From positions 1 to 49,474 of the forward strand of contig NZ_JBIIWV010000001.1 in the NCBI RefSeq assembly GCF_044338735.1: a stretch of DNA of 49,474 nucleotides, in the 5' to 3' direction. Both the position numbers and the translations under genes were made by a program. Position 1 is the stretch's first letter. The number at the start of each line of letters is the position of its first letter. Positions 37,096 through 47,600 of the stretch are shown piece by piece. The DNA comes from Flavobacterium sp. (lineage in GTDB: Bacteria; Bacteroidota; Bacteroidia; Flavobacteriales; Flavobacteriaceae). Under the pieces are notes generated by a model. The model was not told the DNA's origin and made no database searches. It worked only from the letters and a program-made list of their open reading frames with translations.

Positions 37096-38985
37096 ATGCA
37101 ATCTAAAATTAAAACCTTCATAAATTTAAAAAAACTTAGTTTTTTACCCTCATGGTCTATTTTATTAATTGATATAGTTATTTCTTTTATAATTGGCACT
37201 ATTTCCTTTTTTATTTTTAAGAAAATAGGGGTAAAATTCCACAATGCCTTTTCTGTCCAAGTTCGACTAGCATTCTTAATTTTTACCTATGGTTTCTATT
37301 TCTTTATTTTTAGAACCTACAAAGGAATCATTCGTTACTCTAGTGTGGGGGATGCTGCCCGAATTTTCAAAGCAGTTTTTTCTTCTTTCGTCACTATAGC
37401 TATACTAGATTACGGTTATTTTTTTATACAAGGGCAACACGTGTTTGTAATATTAACTGTTTTTTTCTCCGCACTTTTCATCTTTTTTTCATTAGTTTCT
37501 TTCCGAATTTTAATTAAAACACTTTTTAAATATTTCACCGGAAACGAAGAAATCTCTGTAATTGAAAACATTGTATTTATTGGAGTTAACAGTACTACAA
37601 TTGCAATGGCAGAAGTATTTGTTAATGATAATTCGCAATACAAGTTGCAGTTTTTTATTGACAAAAATAAATTCCTAAACGATAAAAAAGTATTGGGAAT
37701 TCCCGTTATAGCCAAAACCAATTCAATCATTGCTATTTTACGTTACAACAAAATAAAACATGTGGTTTTAATTAAGAATTATTTACCAGAAAATGAAGAA
37801 GTAGAATTATTAAATGATTGTTTGCGCTTTAAAATTAATGTCTACAACCCTAAATTAATGAGCGGATTTGATTCCAATGCAAACACTTTAAAATCCCTTA
37901 AAAAATACACCATTGATGAATTGATGTTTCGCGACACAATAAGCATTAACAACCCAAGCGTCATCAATACATTTAATGGTAAAACCATATTAGTAACAGG
38001 AGGAGCTGGATCTATTGGAAGCGAAATTGTCAACCAACTATCCAATTTTAATCCCAATCAAATTATTATTTTAGATCAAGCAGAAACGCCGTTGAATTCC
38101 ATTCAACTTACCATTTCAGCAGCTTTTCCAAACTTGATTTGTAACTATGAATTAGTAGATGTCACCAATAAAGCAGAAGTTACAAAACTGTTCCAAAAAT
38201 ACCAACCCGATATTGTTTTTCATGCTGCAGCATACAAGCACGTTCCAGTCTTAGAAACTAATTTCATGCAAGCGGTAAAAGTAAATATTTTTGGCACGAA
38301 AAATATACTAGATGCTGCTTTAGAATTTAAAACCAACCGATTGGTTTTCATTTCTACGGATAAGGCTGTGAACCCAACAAATGTTATGGGTGCTTCAAAA
38401 CGAATTGCAGAAATAATGGTGCAGGCGCGTTTTCATAACCAAAAAAGTTCAGATAAAACACAAATCATCACCACACGTTTTGGTAATGTGTTAGGTTCTA
38501 ACGGTTCTGTGGTGAATTTATTCGAAAAACAAATTAAGGAGGGCGGACCCATAACCGTAACGCATCCAGAAATTAACCGTTTCTTTATGACCATTCCAGA
38601 AGCTTGTAAGTTAGTTTTAGAAGCAGGAACCATGGGAGCAGGGGGTGAAATCTATATTTTTGATATGGGTAGACCCATTTTTATCAAAGATTTAGCAGAA
38701 AAAATGATTCGCTTAAGCGGAAAAGAACCCTATGACGACATTGACATTATCTATACCGGTTTACGTCCAGGTGAAAAGTTATATGAAGAAGTCTTAGCTG
38801 ATACTTCAAAAACGCTACCTACGTATCATCCAAAAATCTTAATTGCACAAGATCCAATATTTTGTTACGAAAAAGTAGAGGAATTTTTATTCAAATTAAA
38901 CAACAACACGTTTGAAAATAAAGCGGAATTAATTGAAGCATTTACCGAATTAGTACCCGAATTTATTCATACACCTCAAGAATAG
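37096..38985 (+). CDS. pglF: Membrane-bound UDP-GlcNAc 4,6-dehydratase (PglF/CapD/WbpM)
   Basis: Four N-terminal TMs, TGGAGSIGSE, FHAAAYKHVP, STDKAVNPTNVMGASK, RFGNVLGSNGSV and GLRPGEKLYEE. Start moved to ATG 37096 because GTG 37075 overlaps the -7 box. Confidence 0.9.
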   Translation: MQSKIKTFINLKKLSFLPSWSILLIDIVISFIIGTISFFIFKKIGVKFHNAFSVQVRLAFLIFTYGFYFFIFRTYKGIIRYSSVGDAARIFKAVFSSFVTIAILDYGYFFIQGQHVFVILTVFFSALFIFFSLVSFRILIKTLFKYFTGNEEISVIENIVFIGVNSTTIAMAEVFVNDNSQYKLQFFIDKNKFLNDKKVLGIPVIAKTNSIIAILRYNKIKHVVLIKNYLPENEEVELLNDCLRFKINVYNPKLMSGFDSNANTLKSLKKYTIDELMFRDTISINNPSVINTFNGKTILVTGGAGSIGSEIVNQLSNFNPNQIIILDQAETPLNSIQLTISAAFPNLICNYELVDVTNKAEVTKLFQKYQPDIVFHAAAYKHVPVLETNFMQAVKVNIFGTKNILDAALEFKTNRLVFISTDKAVNPTNVMGASKRIAEIMVQARFHNQKSSDKTQIITTRFGNVLGSNGSVVNLFEKQIKEGGPITVTHPEINRFFMTIPEACKLVLEAGTMGAGGEIYIFDMGRPIFIKDLAEKMIRLSGKEPYDDIDIIYTGLRPGEKLYEEVLADTSKTLPTYHPKILIAQDPIFCYEKVEEFLFKLNNNTFENKAELIEAFTELVPEFIHTPQE

Positions 38986-39003
38986 ACCCGTTAAACTTCT
39001 AGT

Positions 39004-39558
39004 ATGGTAATTCTGTTAATTGCTTTTGTTTTTTTACTTTTAGTGATAGCTATCACAGCAATTGACACACAATCAAATGGTTTTTTTACACAAGAGCGAA
39101 TAGGGCAATACGGAAAATCATTTCTGATTTATAAGTTACGAACCCTACATGTCAAAACAAATAAAACCTCCTTGTGGGGAAGAATGTTACGAAAAACCAA
39201 GTTAGACGAACTTCCGCAACTTCTTAATATTTTAAAAGGCGAAATGACGTTAGTAGGACCTCGTCCAGATGTAGCTGGCTATGCCGATAAATTAGAGGGT
39301 GCAGACCGTATTATCTTAAACCTAAAACCAGGCATCACCGGTTTAGCTTCCTTAAAATACCGCAACGAAGAACACATCTTAGCGCAACAAACTCACCCAC
39401 AACACTACAACGATGAGGTCATCTGGCCAGACAAAGTACGAATAAACAAATGGTATGCAGAAAATCGCACTATTAGTATGGACGTCCAAATTATTTTTTT
39501 CACGCTAGTTCCCATGCCTTTTGATGTGGATCGTTTTATAGAGGGGAAAAGGGATTAG
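39004..39558 (+). CDS. Second phosphoglycosyl (sugar) transferase, possibly N-terminally shortened
   Basis: FFTQERIG, KLRT, RKTKLDELPQL, GPRP and PGITG; the usual N-terminal KRxxD segment is missing. Confidence 0.8.
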   Translation: MVILLIAFVFLLLVIAITAIDTQSNGFFTQERIGQYGKSFLIYKLRTLHVKTNKTSLWGRMLRKTKLDELPQLLNILKGEMTLVGPRPDVAGYADKLEGADRIILNLKPGITGLASLKYRNEEHILAQQTHPQHYNDEVIWPDKVRINKWYAENRTISMDVQIIFFTLVPMPFDVDRFIEGKRD

Positions 39559-39559
39559 G

Positions 39560-39776
39560 GAAGAGTGAAAAGTAAAAAGTGATAACTGACAACCGACAAC
39601 AGAGAACAGACAACCGAAAACAGACTTACAACCTACTTTACCATATTTCATGGCTACTTCCTTATATGTTTAATTAAAAAAACCTTTGCGCTCCTAGTGC
39701 CTTCCTAGTGTTCTTTGTGGTTTAAAAAACTTCTCACTCCCAACACCCATCATCCATCACCCAACACTCCCACATT
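39560..39776. repeat. Intergenic micro-repeat mosaic
   Basis: agtgaaa/agtaaaa, actgaca/accgaca/acagaga/accgaaa 7-mers, cctttgcgctcctagtgccttcctagtgttctttgtggtttaaa (39683-39726) and cactccca/cacccca/catcca. Confidence 0.75.
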
Positions 39777-39799
39777 TATTAACAATTTGTTAATACTTT

Positions 39800-39833
39800 T
39801 TTGCTTTTATCGATGATTATTTTATTATTTTTG
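39800..39833 (+). promoter_or_regulatory. Probable promoter of T9SS gene 1
   Basis: TTTG 39800-39803 and TATTTTTG 39826-39833, upstream of ATG 39882. Confidence 0.45.
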
Positions 39834-39881
39834 AAAAAGAATAATAAATCCCTAATAGATAACTTTTTAAACAACAATTTT

Positions 39882-42800
39882 ATGAAATACATACTACCAT
39901 TTAATTTTTTAATCCCTTTGGCATCAAGCAACTCAGAAAAAAAGGCAATACGGTTGAAGAATCTGCTAGCACTAGTGGTGACGGTGTTGGGAATGGGTGT
40001 GAGTTGGGGGCAACTGCTTCAATGGAATACTTTTGCGAATACAGGTACTGAAACAACTGAACCAAGTATATTCAATAATGCAAATATTTCAGCAGCTAAC
40101 CTTACTCAGGGGACTATTACTTCTGCTTCAAATTCAAACAGATTTGGAGGTACCGGGTGGTTCAATACTGGAAATACTGCAACTGCAGCAGGTAATACTT
40201 TGTCAGAAGCTATAGCGGGAAATGATTACATACAATTTATTGTTACTCCAAATTCAGGTTTTAGTTTTACACCAACCTCTTTTGTTTTTCAATGGGATAA
40301 ATCTGGGACTGGACCAAAAAGTTTAACCTTGCGCTCTTCAGCTGATGCTTTTGCTGCAGACTTAGGAACTATATCAACTGCAGCTGCGTTGGGTACATCG
40401 AATACTATTACTATTTCTGGGTTAACGAGTTTAACAACAGCTACAACCTTTCGTATTTATGGTTATGGGGCCACAGCAACTAGTGGTAGTGGTGGCTTTG
40501 ATGTTGGTTCAAATATAGTTAATGTTCAGCTTAATGGAACAACAGCATCTACCGCAACCCCATCTATTGCACTCTCATCACCTTCTCAGATAGCGGCAGG
40601 TAATGTAAATCAAGGGGCTACATCACATATATTATCAAATTTCCAAGCTGCAGTTACAGTTGCAGATGCGAGTTTAAATGCTATGACAGTAGTAACAGAT
40701 GGAACTTATTCTACAAGTTCACACGTTAGTAATTATAAATTAATGTACAACGCTTCATCAAATACATTTGGTTCAGCAATCCAAATAGGAACCACTCAAC
40801 CAAGTGTAGCTTCAGCAGGTACAATTACATTTAGTTCTCTTAATACAACAATTACAAATGGTAATATAGGATATTTTTGGATAACAGCAGATATTGATGC
40901 AAATGCTACAGCCGCTCAAACTGTAAGTATTGCTGCAAACCCAACGTTTACTTTTGCTTCAGGTTCACCAACAGGTTCCATTTCGGCATCAGGCGCACAA
41001 ACATTTGTTGCTGTTACACCAAATATTGCTATTTCAAGTAATCACCCAACAGCATCTGGTATTAATCAGAATGCAACCAACCAAGTTTTTGGTTCGATTG
41101 CTTTGGCTGCTACTACTGCTAATGCCTCTTTAAATAGCGTTACAATTACTACTGGCGGTACCTATCAAATTAGTGACTTAGTGGCTTCAAGTTTTAAATT
41201 ATATTACACCACTTCCAATGTTTTTTCCGCTGCTACTCAGCTAGGTTCGGCTCAAGCAATTGTTGCTTCAGGTAATACTATTACGTTTTCAGGTTTAAGT
41301 CAAATCATTAATTCAGGTGTTACTGGTTATTTATGGTTTACTGCTGATGTTGCGTACAATGCAGTTAATGGAAGAACTTTATCAACTGCTTCAACTGCAT
41401 TTAACAATATTACTTTTGCAACTGGTAACAAAACAGGAGCTGACCCAGTAGTTGCTGGAAATGACCATACAGTCACAACTGTTTCGCCAAACGTAACTAT
41501 TTCACAGGTGGGTCCAACGGTTGGGAACATTATTAATAATATAAACAATCAAATATTATATCAATTAAGTCTTGTAACTGCTGATAATGCAACAGATATT
41601 AATAGTTTAACTTTAACTACTGCCGGTACTTATGTACCTAGTGATTTAACAGCAAATGGTTTTAAACTTTGGTACAATACCGTAAATAGTTTATCGGGTG
41701 CAACACAACTAGGATCAGGACAAGGGATTGTTTCTACTGGAAATACTATAACATTTTCAGGTTTGACACAAAAGTTAAATATTGGAACTAGCTTCTTATT
41801 ACTAACTGTGGATGTTGCGTCTGGAGCTACTCCAGGAAATAATATAAATATTACGTCTACCCCTTTTACAAATATTACTTTATCAGCGGGTAACAAATTA
41901 GGAGACAATCCTTCAACTGCAGGGGGGGTAAAAACTATTAGAATAGATATTGCTGTTGGTGATGTGGTTATTAATCAGTTTAGTCCAGATTATTCAGGTG
42001 GATCAAATGAATATGTTGAAATAGTTAATAAAACAGGGAATACCATCGATTTGTCTACTCTTAAATTATCATACCAATCAAGTTCTGGAAGTTCAGGGAC
42101 CGCTGGAGCAACTCTATCAGGTAGTTTAGCACCATATAGTTTTTGGTTATTATCGCCAGATACTACTATAACAACAGGTCTTACTAGTAACTTAACTAGA
42201 GATGGTTCTTTTACGGCAGGTTTTGCCGGGGCGAGTGGTCAAATAGCCATACAGCGCGTTTCAGACAATACAATTATTGATGCTGTTGGATATGGGACTT
42301 TAACTGGAGGAACTTTTTCTGAAGGTACTCCTGCTTCAACACCACTAGTAGATGGTGGTTTAAGAAGAGTAATAGATGGTGCTGATACGGGTGTTAACAG
42401 CACAGATTATACAACAGTTACTAATGCAAACATTTATTTAAGAAATAGCAATTCTAGATTAGGTATTGCAGGAAGTACTATCGGCGCTGGAACTTTTACA
42501 GATTTTGTTGTAACCGGAAACACCTCGTTGAGCGGCGCTGTGAATGTTACAAATAGATTATCACTAATTGGTGGAACTTTAACTACTGGTGATAACTTAA
42601 CTTTAAAATCATCATCAACAGGAACCGCAAACGTACCACCAATTACTGGAGCAATAACCGGCAACGTAACAGTAGAACGCTACATTCCATTAGGAAAACG
42701 CGCATTCAGATTATTAAGCCCTGCGGTAACCACCACAACGTTTATTTCAGGCAACTGGCAAGAACAAACCCATATTACTGGTGGTTTAGGTGCAACTGGT

Positions 42801-44099
42801 TTAGGCTTTGATGCTACTGAAACCAATAATCCGTCGATGTTTACCTATGACAACCAAGCGGCACAGGGTGTAAGCGGTTGGACACCAATTCCCAACACCA
42901 ATAATACAAATTTAATTGCAGGAGTAGGATATAGAGTTTTAATTAGAGGTGACAAAACGCCTGCAAATATCACTTCAGCTTCAGCTAATGATATGAATGC
43001 TGCCATCACATTAAGCGCTACAGGAACCTTAAAAACAGGAACCGTTGCCTTAAGTTCAAGTAGTACACCATCAATTAATAGTACAACTAACACAGTTACT
43101 AATGGTTATAGTTTAGTGGGCAACCCATACCAAAGCGCAGTAGATTGGCATTTAGTTACTAAAACGGGTATTGAGGATACGTATTATGCCTGGGCTCCAA
43201 ACATGGGGACAGGAGCTGCGAGAGGTAATTATGTAGCTTATAATGTTTCAACAGGTAATAGTGGTGGAGGCTCAGTAGGTCAATTCATTCAACCTGGTCA
43301 AGCGTTTTTCGTAAAGAATACAGGTTCAAGTGCAGGTACATTAACCTTTGAAGAAGCGCACAAAGCGACAACTAGTGCTAATGTATTTAGAACCGCAAAT
43401 ACTCCTACTTTGGCGGTAGCGTTATATGATCCTAACGAACTAGCAATAGGAGCGTATCCTATTGATGCAACGAAAGCTGTTTTTAGTTCTGATTACTCAA
43501 ACGAATTAGGACTTGGTGATGCTACGAAATTAGAAGCAGCAGGTGAAAACATCGCATGGTTTAGAAACAATACTAAACTAGCCATTGATGCAGCGGCACC
43601 AGTAACTACATCAGATGAGTTAGCGATGAAAACTATGCGTTTAGGAGCAAATAAAAATTATACGTTTAAAATTCAAACTACTAATTTTGACACAGCTTTA
43701 ACACCTTATTTAGTAGATAATTTCTTAAACACACAAACAGAAATTACTACTTCACAAGCATATTTAGCATCATTTGCAACGACAAGTAACCAAGCTTCTT
43801 ACAGTGAGGATCGTTTTAAAATTGTATTTCAAACCAGCGCATTAACTACGGATGATTTTGTAAAAAACATCAAATTATATCCTAACCCAGCAAAAGCAGG
43901 AGGTAGTTTCTATGTTGATGGCATTACAGAAGCAACAGTTTCAGTATACAATGTTGTAGGACAAAACATTCCGGTAACGGTAATGAGCCAAGGAAATGCC
44001 ATTCAGGTAACACCAAGTGCTAGTTTAAGTAAGGGTGTGTATTTAGTAAGCATTACTTCACAAGGCGTAACCAAACAAGTAAAATGGATTGTAGAATAA
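39882..44099 (+). CDS. Large T9SS-secreted adhesin-like protein with three internal repeats, lamin-tail domain and type A CTD
   Basis: Signal ending SWG-Q; repeats starting at about 40557, 41016 and 41484; LTD motif GDVVINQF…NEYVEIVNKTGNTIDLS; C-terminal IKLYPNPA…LSKGVYLVSI…KWIVE. Confidence 0.9.
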   Translation: MKYILPFNFLIPLASSNSEKKAIRLKNLLALVVTVLGMGVSWGQLLQWNTFANTGTETTEPSIFNNANISAANLTQGTITSASNSNRFGGTGWFNTGNTATAAGNTLSEAIAGNDYIQFIVTPNSGFSFTPTSFVFQWDKSGTGPKSLTLRSSADAFAADLGTISTAAALGTSNTITISGLTSLTTATTFRIYGYGATATSGSGGFDVGSNIVNVQLNGTTASTATPSIALSSPSQIAAGNVNQGATSHILSNFQAAVTVADASLNAMTVVTDGTYSTSSHVSNYKLMYNASSNTFGSAIQIGTTQPSVASAGTITFSSLNTTITNGNIGYFWITADIDANATAAQTVSIAANPTFTFASGSPTGSISASGAQTFVAVTPNIAISSNHPTASGINQNATNQVFGSIALAATTANASLNSVTITTGGTYQISDLVASSFKLYYTTSNVFSAATQLGSAQAIVASGNTITFSGLSQIINSGVTGYLWFTADVAYNAVNGRTLSTASTAFNNITFATGNKTGADPVVAGNDHTVTTVSPNVTISQVGPTVGNIINNINNQILYQLSLVTADNATDINSLTLTTAGTYVPSDLTANGFKLWYNTVNSLSGATQLGSGQGIVSTGNTITFSGLTQKLNIGTSFLLLTVDVASGATPGNNINITSTPFTNITLSAGNKLGDNPSTAGGVKTIRIDIAVGDVVINQFSPDYSGGSNEYVEIVNKTGNTIDLSTLKLSYQSSSGSSGTAGATLSGSLAPYSFWLLSPDTTITTGLTSNLTRDGSFTAGFAGASGQIAIQRVSDNTIIDAVGYGTLTGGTFSEGTPASTPLVDGGLRRVIDGADTGVNSTDYTTVTNANIYLRNSNSRLGIAGSTIGAGTFTDFVVTGNTSLSGAVNVTNRLSLIGGTLTTGDNLTLKSSSTGTANVPPITGAITGNVTVERYIPLGKRAFRLLSPAVTTTTFISGNWQEQTHITGGLGATGLGFDATETNNPSMFTYDNQAAQGVSGWTPIPNTNNTNLIAGVGYRVLIRGDKTPANITSASANDMNAAITLSATGTLKTGTVALSSSSTPSINSTTNTVTNGYSLVGNPYQSAVDWHLVTKTGIEDTYYAWAPNMGTGAARGNYVAYNVSTGNSGGGSVGQFIQPGQAFFVKNTGSSAGTLTFEEAHKATTSANVFRTANTPTLAVALYDPNELAIGAYPIDATKAVFSSDYSNELGLGDATKLEAAGENIAWFRNNTKLAIDAAAPVTTSDELAMKTMRLGANKNYTFKIQTTNFDTALTPYLVDNFLNTQTEITTSQAYLASFATTSNQASYSEDRFKIVFQTSALTTDDFVKNIKLYPNPAKAGGSFYVDGITEATVSVYNVVGQNIPVTVMSQGNAIQVTPSASLSKGVYLVSITSQGVTKQVKWIVE
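42851..43840 (+). repeat. Copy 1 of a near-identical ~1 kb block shared with 48481-49470
   Basis: Offset is 5630 bp at both ends; 3 mismatches in the first 120 bp compared by eye. Confidence 0.92.
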
Positions 44100-44113
44100 T
44101 AATACGAAGCAAA

Positions 44114-44299
44114 ATGAAAAATACAGCAAAAATAATATACAGTATCGCTTTAGTGTTAGTTACTTTCACACTGCAAGCACAAGAACCTTTTCAAGATGAC
44201 ACACAAGACGTTCCGGTAGATGATTATTTACCATTGCTTTTTATAACAGCAATAGGAATAGCATATTGGCTAATTCATAAAAGAAAACTGGTTAAATAA
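44114..44299 (+). CDS. Small PID-CTERM-like protein (signal peptide, ~11-aa acidic peptide, PVD motif, TM helix, basic tail)
   Basis: MKNTAKIIYSIALVLVTFTLQA-QEPFQDDTQDV-PVDDYLPLLFITAIGIAYWLI-HKRKLVK. Confidence 0.75.
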   Translation: MKNTAKIIYSIALVLVTFTLQAQEPFQDDTQDVPVDDYLPLLFITAIGIAYWLIHKRKLVK

Positions 44300-44304
44300 A
44301 TAAC

Positions 44305-44335
44305 AAAAACCGTCTCAATATGAGGCGGTTTTTTT
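44305..44335 (+). terminator. Intrinsic terminator after T9SS gene 1 and PID-CTERM gene
   Basis: aaaaaccgtctca-ata-tgaggcggttttttt. Confidence 0.85.
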
Positions 44336-44389
44336 ATTTTATTTGGTAAAAAGGTATAGGGTATACGCTAAAAAAAAATTATTTTAACT

Positions 44390-44475
44390 TCGTTATTCCA
44401 ATTTATTTTCAAATCTTCAAATCTCCAAATTGTTAAATTGATTCATCACCCATCACCCATCACCTATCTCCCCTA
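44390..44475. repeat. Intergenic micro-repeat mosaic
   Basis: ttcaaatc/ttcaaatc/tccaaatt 8-mers followed by catcacc x3. Confidence 0.7.
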
Positions 44476-44608
44476 AACAGCTTTTCATCGAATAAATAAA
44501 CCCTTCATCGAAAATAATGTAAAAATAAAATTAATTAATTGTAAAATTGTAGATTATATTAATTTAAAGCTAACAATACCCTATTTATTAACCTATTTTA
44601 TTGCATTT

Positions 44609-47600
44609 ATGATAAAATCAATTACACAAAAAGGCACTAAAAATCTAGTGCGTAACTTAAACAGCTATCCTATAAGTTGTATTAAACCAATCAAACACCT
44701 TACTTGTTTACTCATCTTACTTTTTTCAAGTATGGGTTGGGGGCAGGTCTATTTGGCTAATCAATCATTTGATGGGACAACATTCGTGCCTTCTAGTTGG
44801 ACTAATTTACTTACTTCAGGATCAAATACTTGGACAAGAGCTACATCAGGAACATATCCAACATGTTCTCCTCGTTCAGGAACAGGTATGGCAATGTTTA
44901 ATTCATATTCTAGTCCAGGTACAGGAGTAAGATCTTTAATAACGCCTGTATTAGATTTTTCTACTGCTGGAACAAAACGTATAACATTTTGGATGTATAG
45001 AGATAATGGATATCCTACTGATGCTGATAAAATTGAAATTTATACAAACACTAGTGCTAATTTAACAGGTGCTACATTATTAGGTACAATAAACAGATCA
45101 AGAAGTTTAGCTCCTACTGTTGGTTCAGATGGATGGTATGAATACTTTTATGATGTTACTACAACAAGTGCTACAACATATGTTATTTTTAAAGCAATTG
45201 GTGCATATGGAAATAATATGTACGTTGATGATATTAAAGTTGAAGCACCACCAACACCTTGTTCAGGTACGCCAACAGCAGGTACTATTTCTACAGCAAA
45301 TCAATATTTGTGTAGCGGTGCAACCGTACCAAATCTAGTGAATACAGGTTTTTCTTCAGGAGTTACTGGAATTACGTTTCAATGGGAGCAATCTACAGAT
45401 AATGCTACTTGGGCTAATGTTACTACTGGTACTGGTGCAACAACAGCCACTTATACGCCACCTGCTTTTGCAGGTACAACTATTTACTACCGTTGCAATG
45501 TAACGTGTGCTAATGGTGGCGGTGCTGCGGCAACACCCTCTGTGTCAATTAATCCGCCCGCTAATCCAGTAACACAGGTTACCAATGCAGTAGCTTCTTC
45601 AATTAGTTATACAGGTTTTACCACTACATGGGTAAATGGTAACGGAAACAGACGTGTGGTGTATTTAAGCGATACAGCCATCGTTGATCCTTCAAATGCA
45701 ACAGGTGCAGCAGTGCATACAGCAAATACGGTTTATACAGGAAGTGGCCAACAAATTGTCTATGACGGAACGGGAACAAGCGTTTCAGTAACAGGTCTTA
45801 CTTTAGGTACTACCTATTATGTTAAAGTTTTTGAATATACAAGATGTGGTGCTGCTCCTTATGATTATTATTACAGCGCAATTTCTGGCACTAACGCCAT
45901 TTCAGTGTCAACGTCAAGTATTTCTCCAACACCTTGGTCAGAAGGTTTCGCAACAGGAGTAGCTACCTTTCCAAACTGGCTAGTAACAGCTGGTTCTGTA
46001 GGAACAATCACAGCTGTAAATCCAGCGTTAAGCTCCAATTATTACTATGTAAATTTATATGGCACTCAACCTGTAGCTGCTATTACTACGCCAATCATTG
46101 GTTCAATGCCATCAAATTACCGTTTTGTAGTAAAGTATAAATTAGCAAATTATAGTTCTCCGTATGCTCCTCCAGCAAGTGGAAGTGGTAATTTTATCGT
46201 CGCTATTTCTACAGATAATGGCTCAAGTTATACAGATGTTGAAACTATTGCAAACAATGCTGTTGCTGGATGGCAAGAATATATACTTAATTTAAGTGCT
46301 TATGTCGGTCAAAACATTCGTATTCGTCTTACTGGAAATAGAACAAGTGGCGATTATTATTTAGCATTTGATAATTATAGTGTGGAAGCCATACCCTCTT
46401 GTTTATCTCCAAACACATTAGTTTTATCATCTATTACAAACAATAGTGCTTCATTATCTTGGACAGCACCTGCATCTGCTCCAGGAAGTGGTTATGATGT
46501 GTATTATAGCACAACGAATACTGCGCCAACTGCTGGGACAACCCCATCTGCCAATGTGCCTTCAGGAACAACTTATGCGTTTAGTGGATTAACAGCAAGT
46601 ACCACTTATTATTCTTGGGTACGTTCTAATTGTGGTTCTGGTGATGTAAGTTTATGGGTAGCAAGTGCTAGTTTTACAACATCGTGTAATCCTGTTTCCT
46701 CTTTGCCTTGGACTGAAGGATTTGAAGGGTTGTCAAGCGTAAGCACAACAACATTTCCAAGCTGTTGGCTAGAAGGAACGGGTATAAATTGGGGTTCACT
46801 AAGTGCATCTACTTCATCATATAACGACCCAAGAACAGGAAATTATTATATTGGATGTATGTATGGAGGTACAAATGATCGTATTTGGACACCTGGTTTT
46901 CAATTAACAGCAGGAGTATCCTATGATTTTAGTACATATTTTGTTGGTGATGGTTACAGTGGTTGGACAGGAGACATAGTTTATAATACATCTGCATTAG
47001 CTTCAGGTGAAACAGTTTTAGGGACTTCTTTTATTACCAGTTCTACAGCGTCTACTACTGCTATTAATTATTCACAAATTACTAGAACTTTTGTTCCTTC
47101 AACTTCGGGTATTTATTATTTTGGAATTAGAATAACTTCGTCATATGTTCCTTATAGTTATTTAGCATTTGACGATTTTAAGTTAGAGTTATCCCCAACA
47201 TGTTCTGCTCCAACATCACTTTCAATTTCTTCAATCACGAATTCGGCGGCAAATTTATCTTGGACAGCTCCTGCATCTGCACCAGCAAGTGGTTATGATG
47301 TTTATTACAGTACGACGAATACTGCGCCAATAGCTGGAACAAGCCCAACTGCCAATGTGTCGTCAGGAACTAATTATGCTTTTACTGGATTAACAGCAAG
47401 TACCACTTATTACTCGTGGGTACGTTCTAATTGTGGTTCTGGGGATTTAAGTACTTGGGCTGCAAGTGCAAGTTTTACAACACAATGTAATCCTGTTTCA
47501 GTACCCTATTCTCAAGATTTTGAAAGTGTAACTATTCCTGCGTTACCTATTTGTACCAGTATTGAAAATGCAGGAACAGGTAATAATTGGAAAACAGCCA

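Noticed and set aside
39801-39881. ORF-track upstream starts at 39801 (also 3261, 33573, 37075, 44084)
   Set aside because: These starts overlap promoter boxes or upstream genes; downstream ATGs give proper signal peptides or family-typical N-termini.
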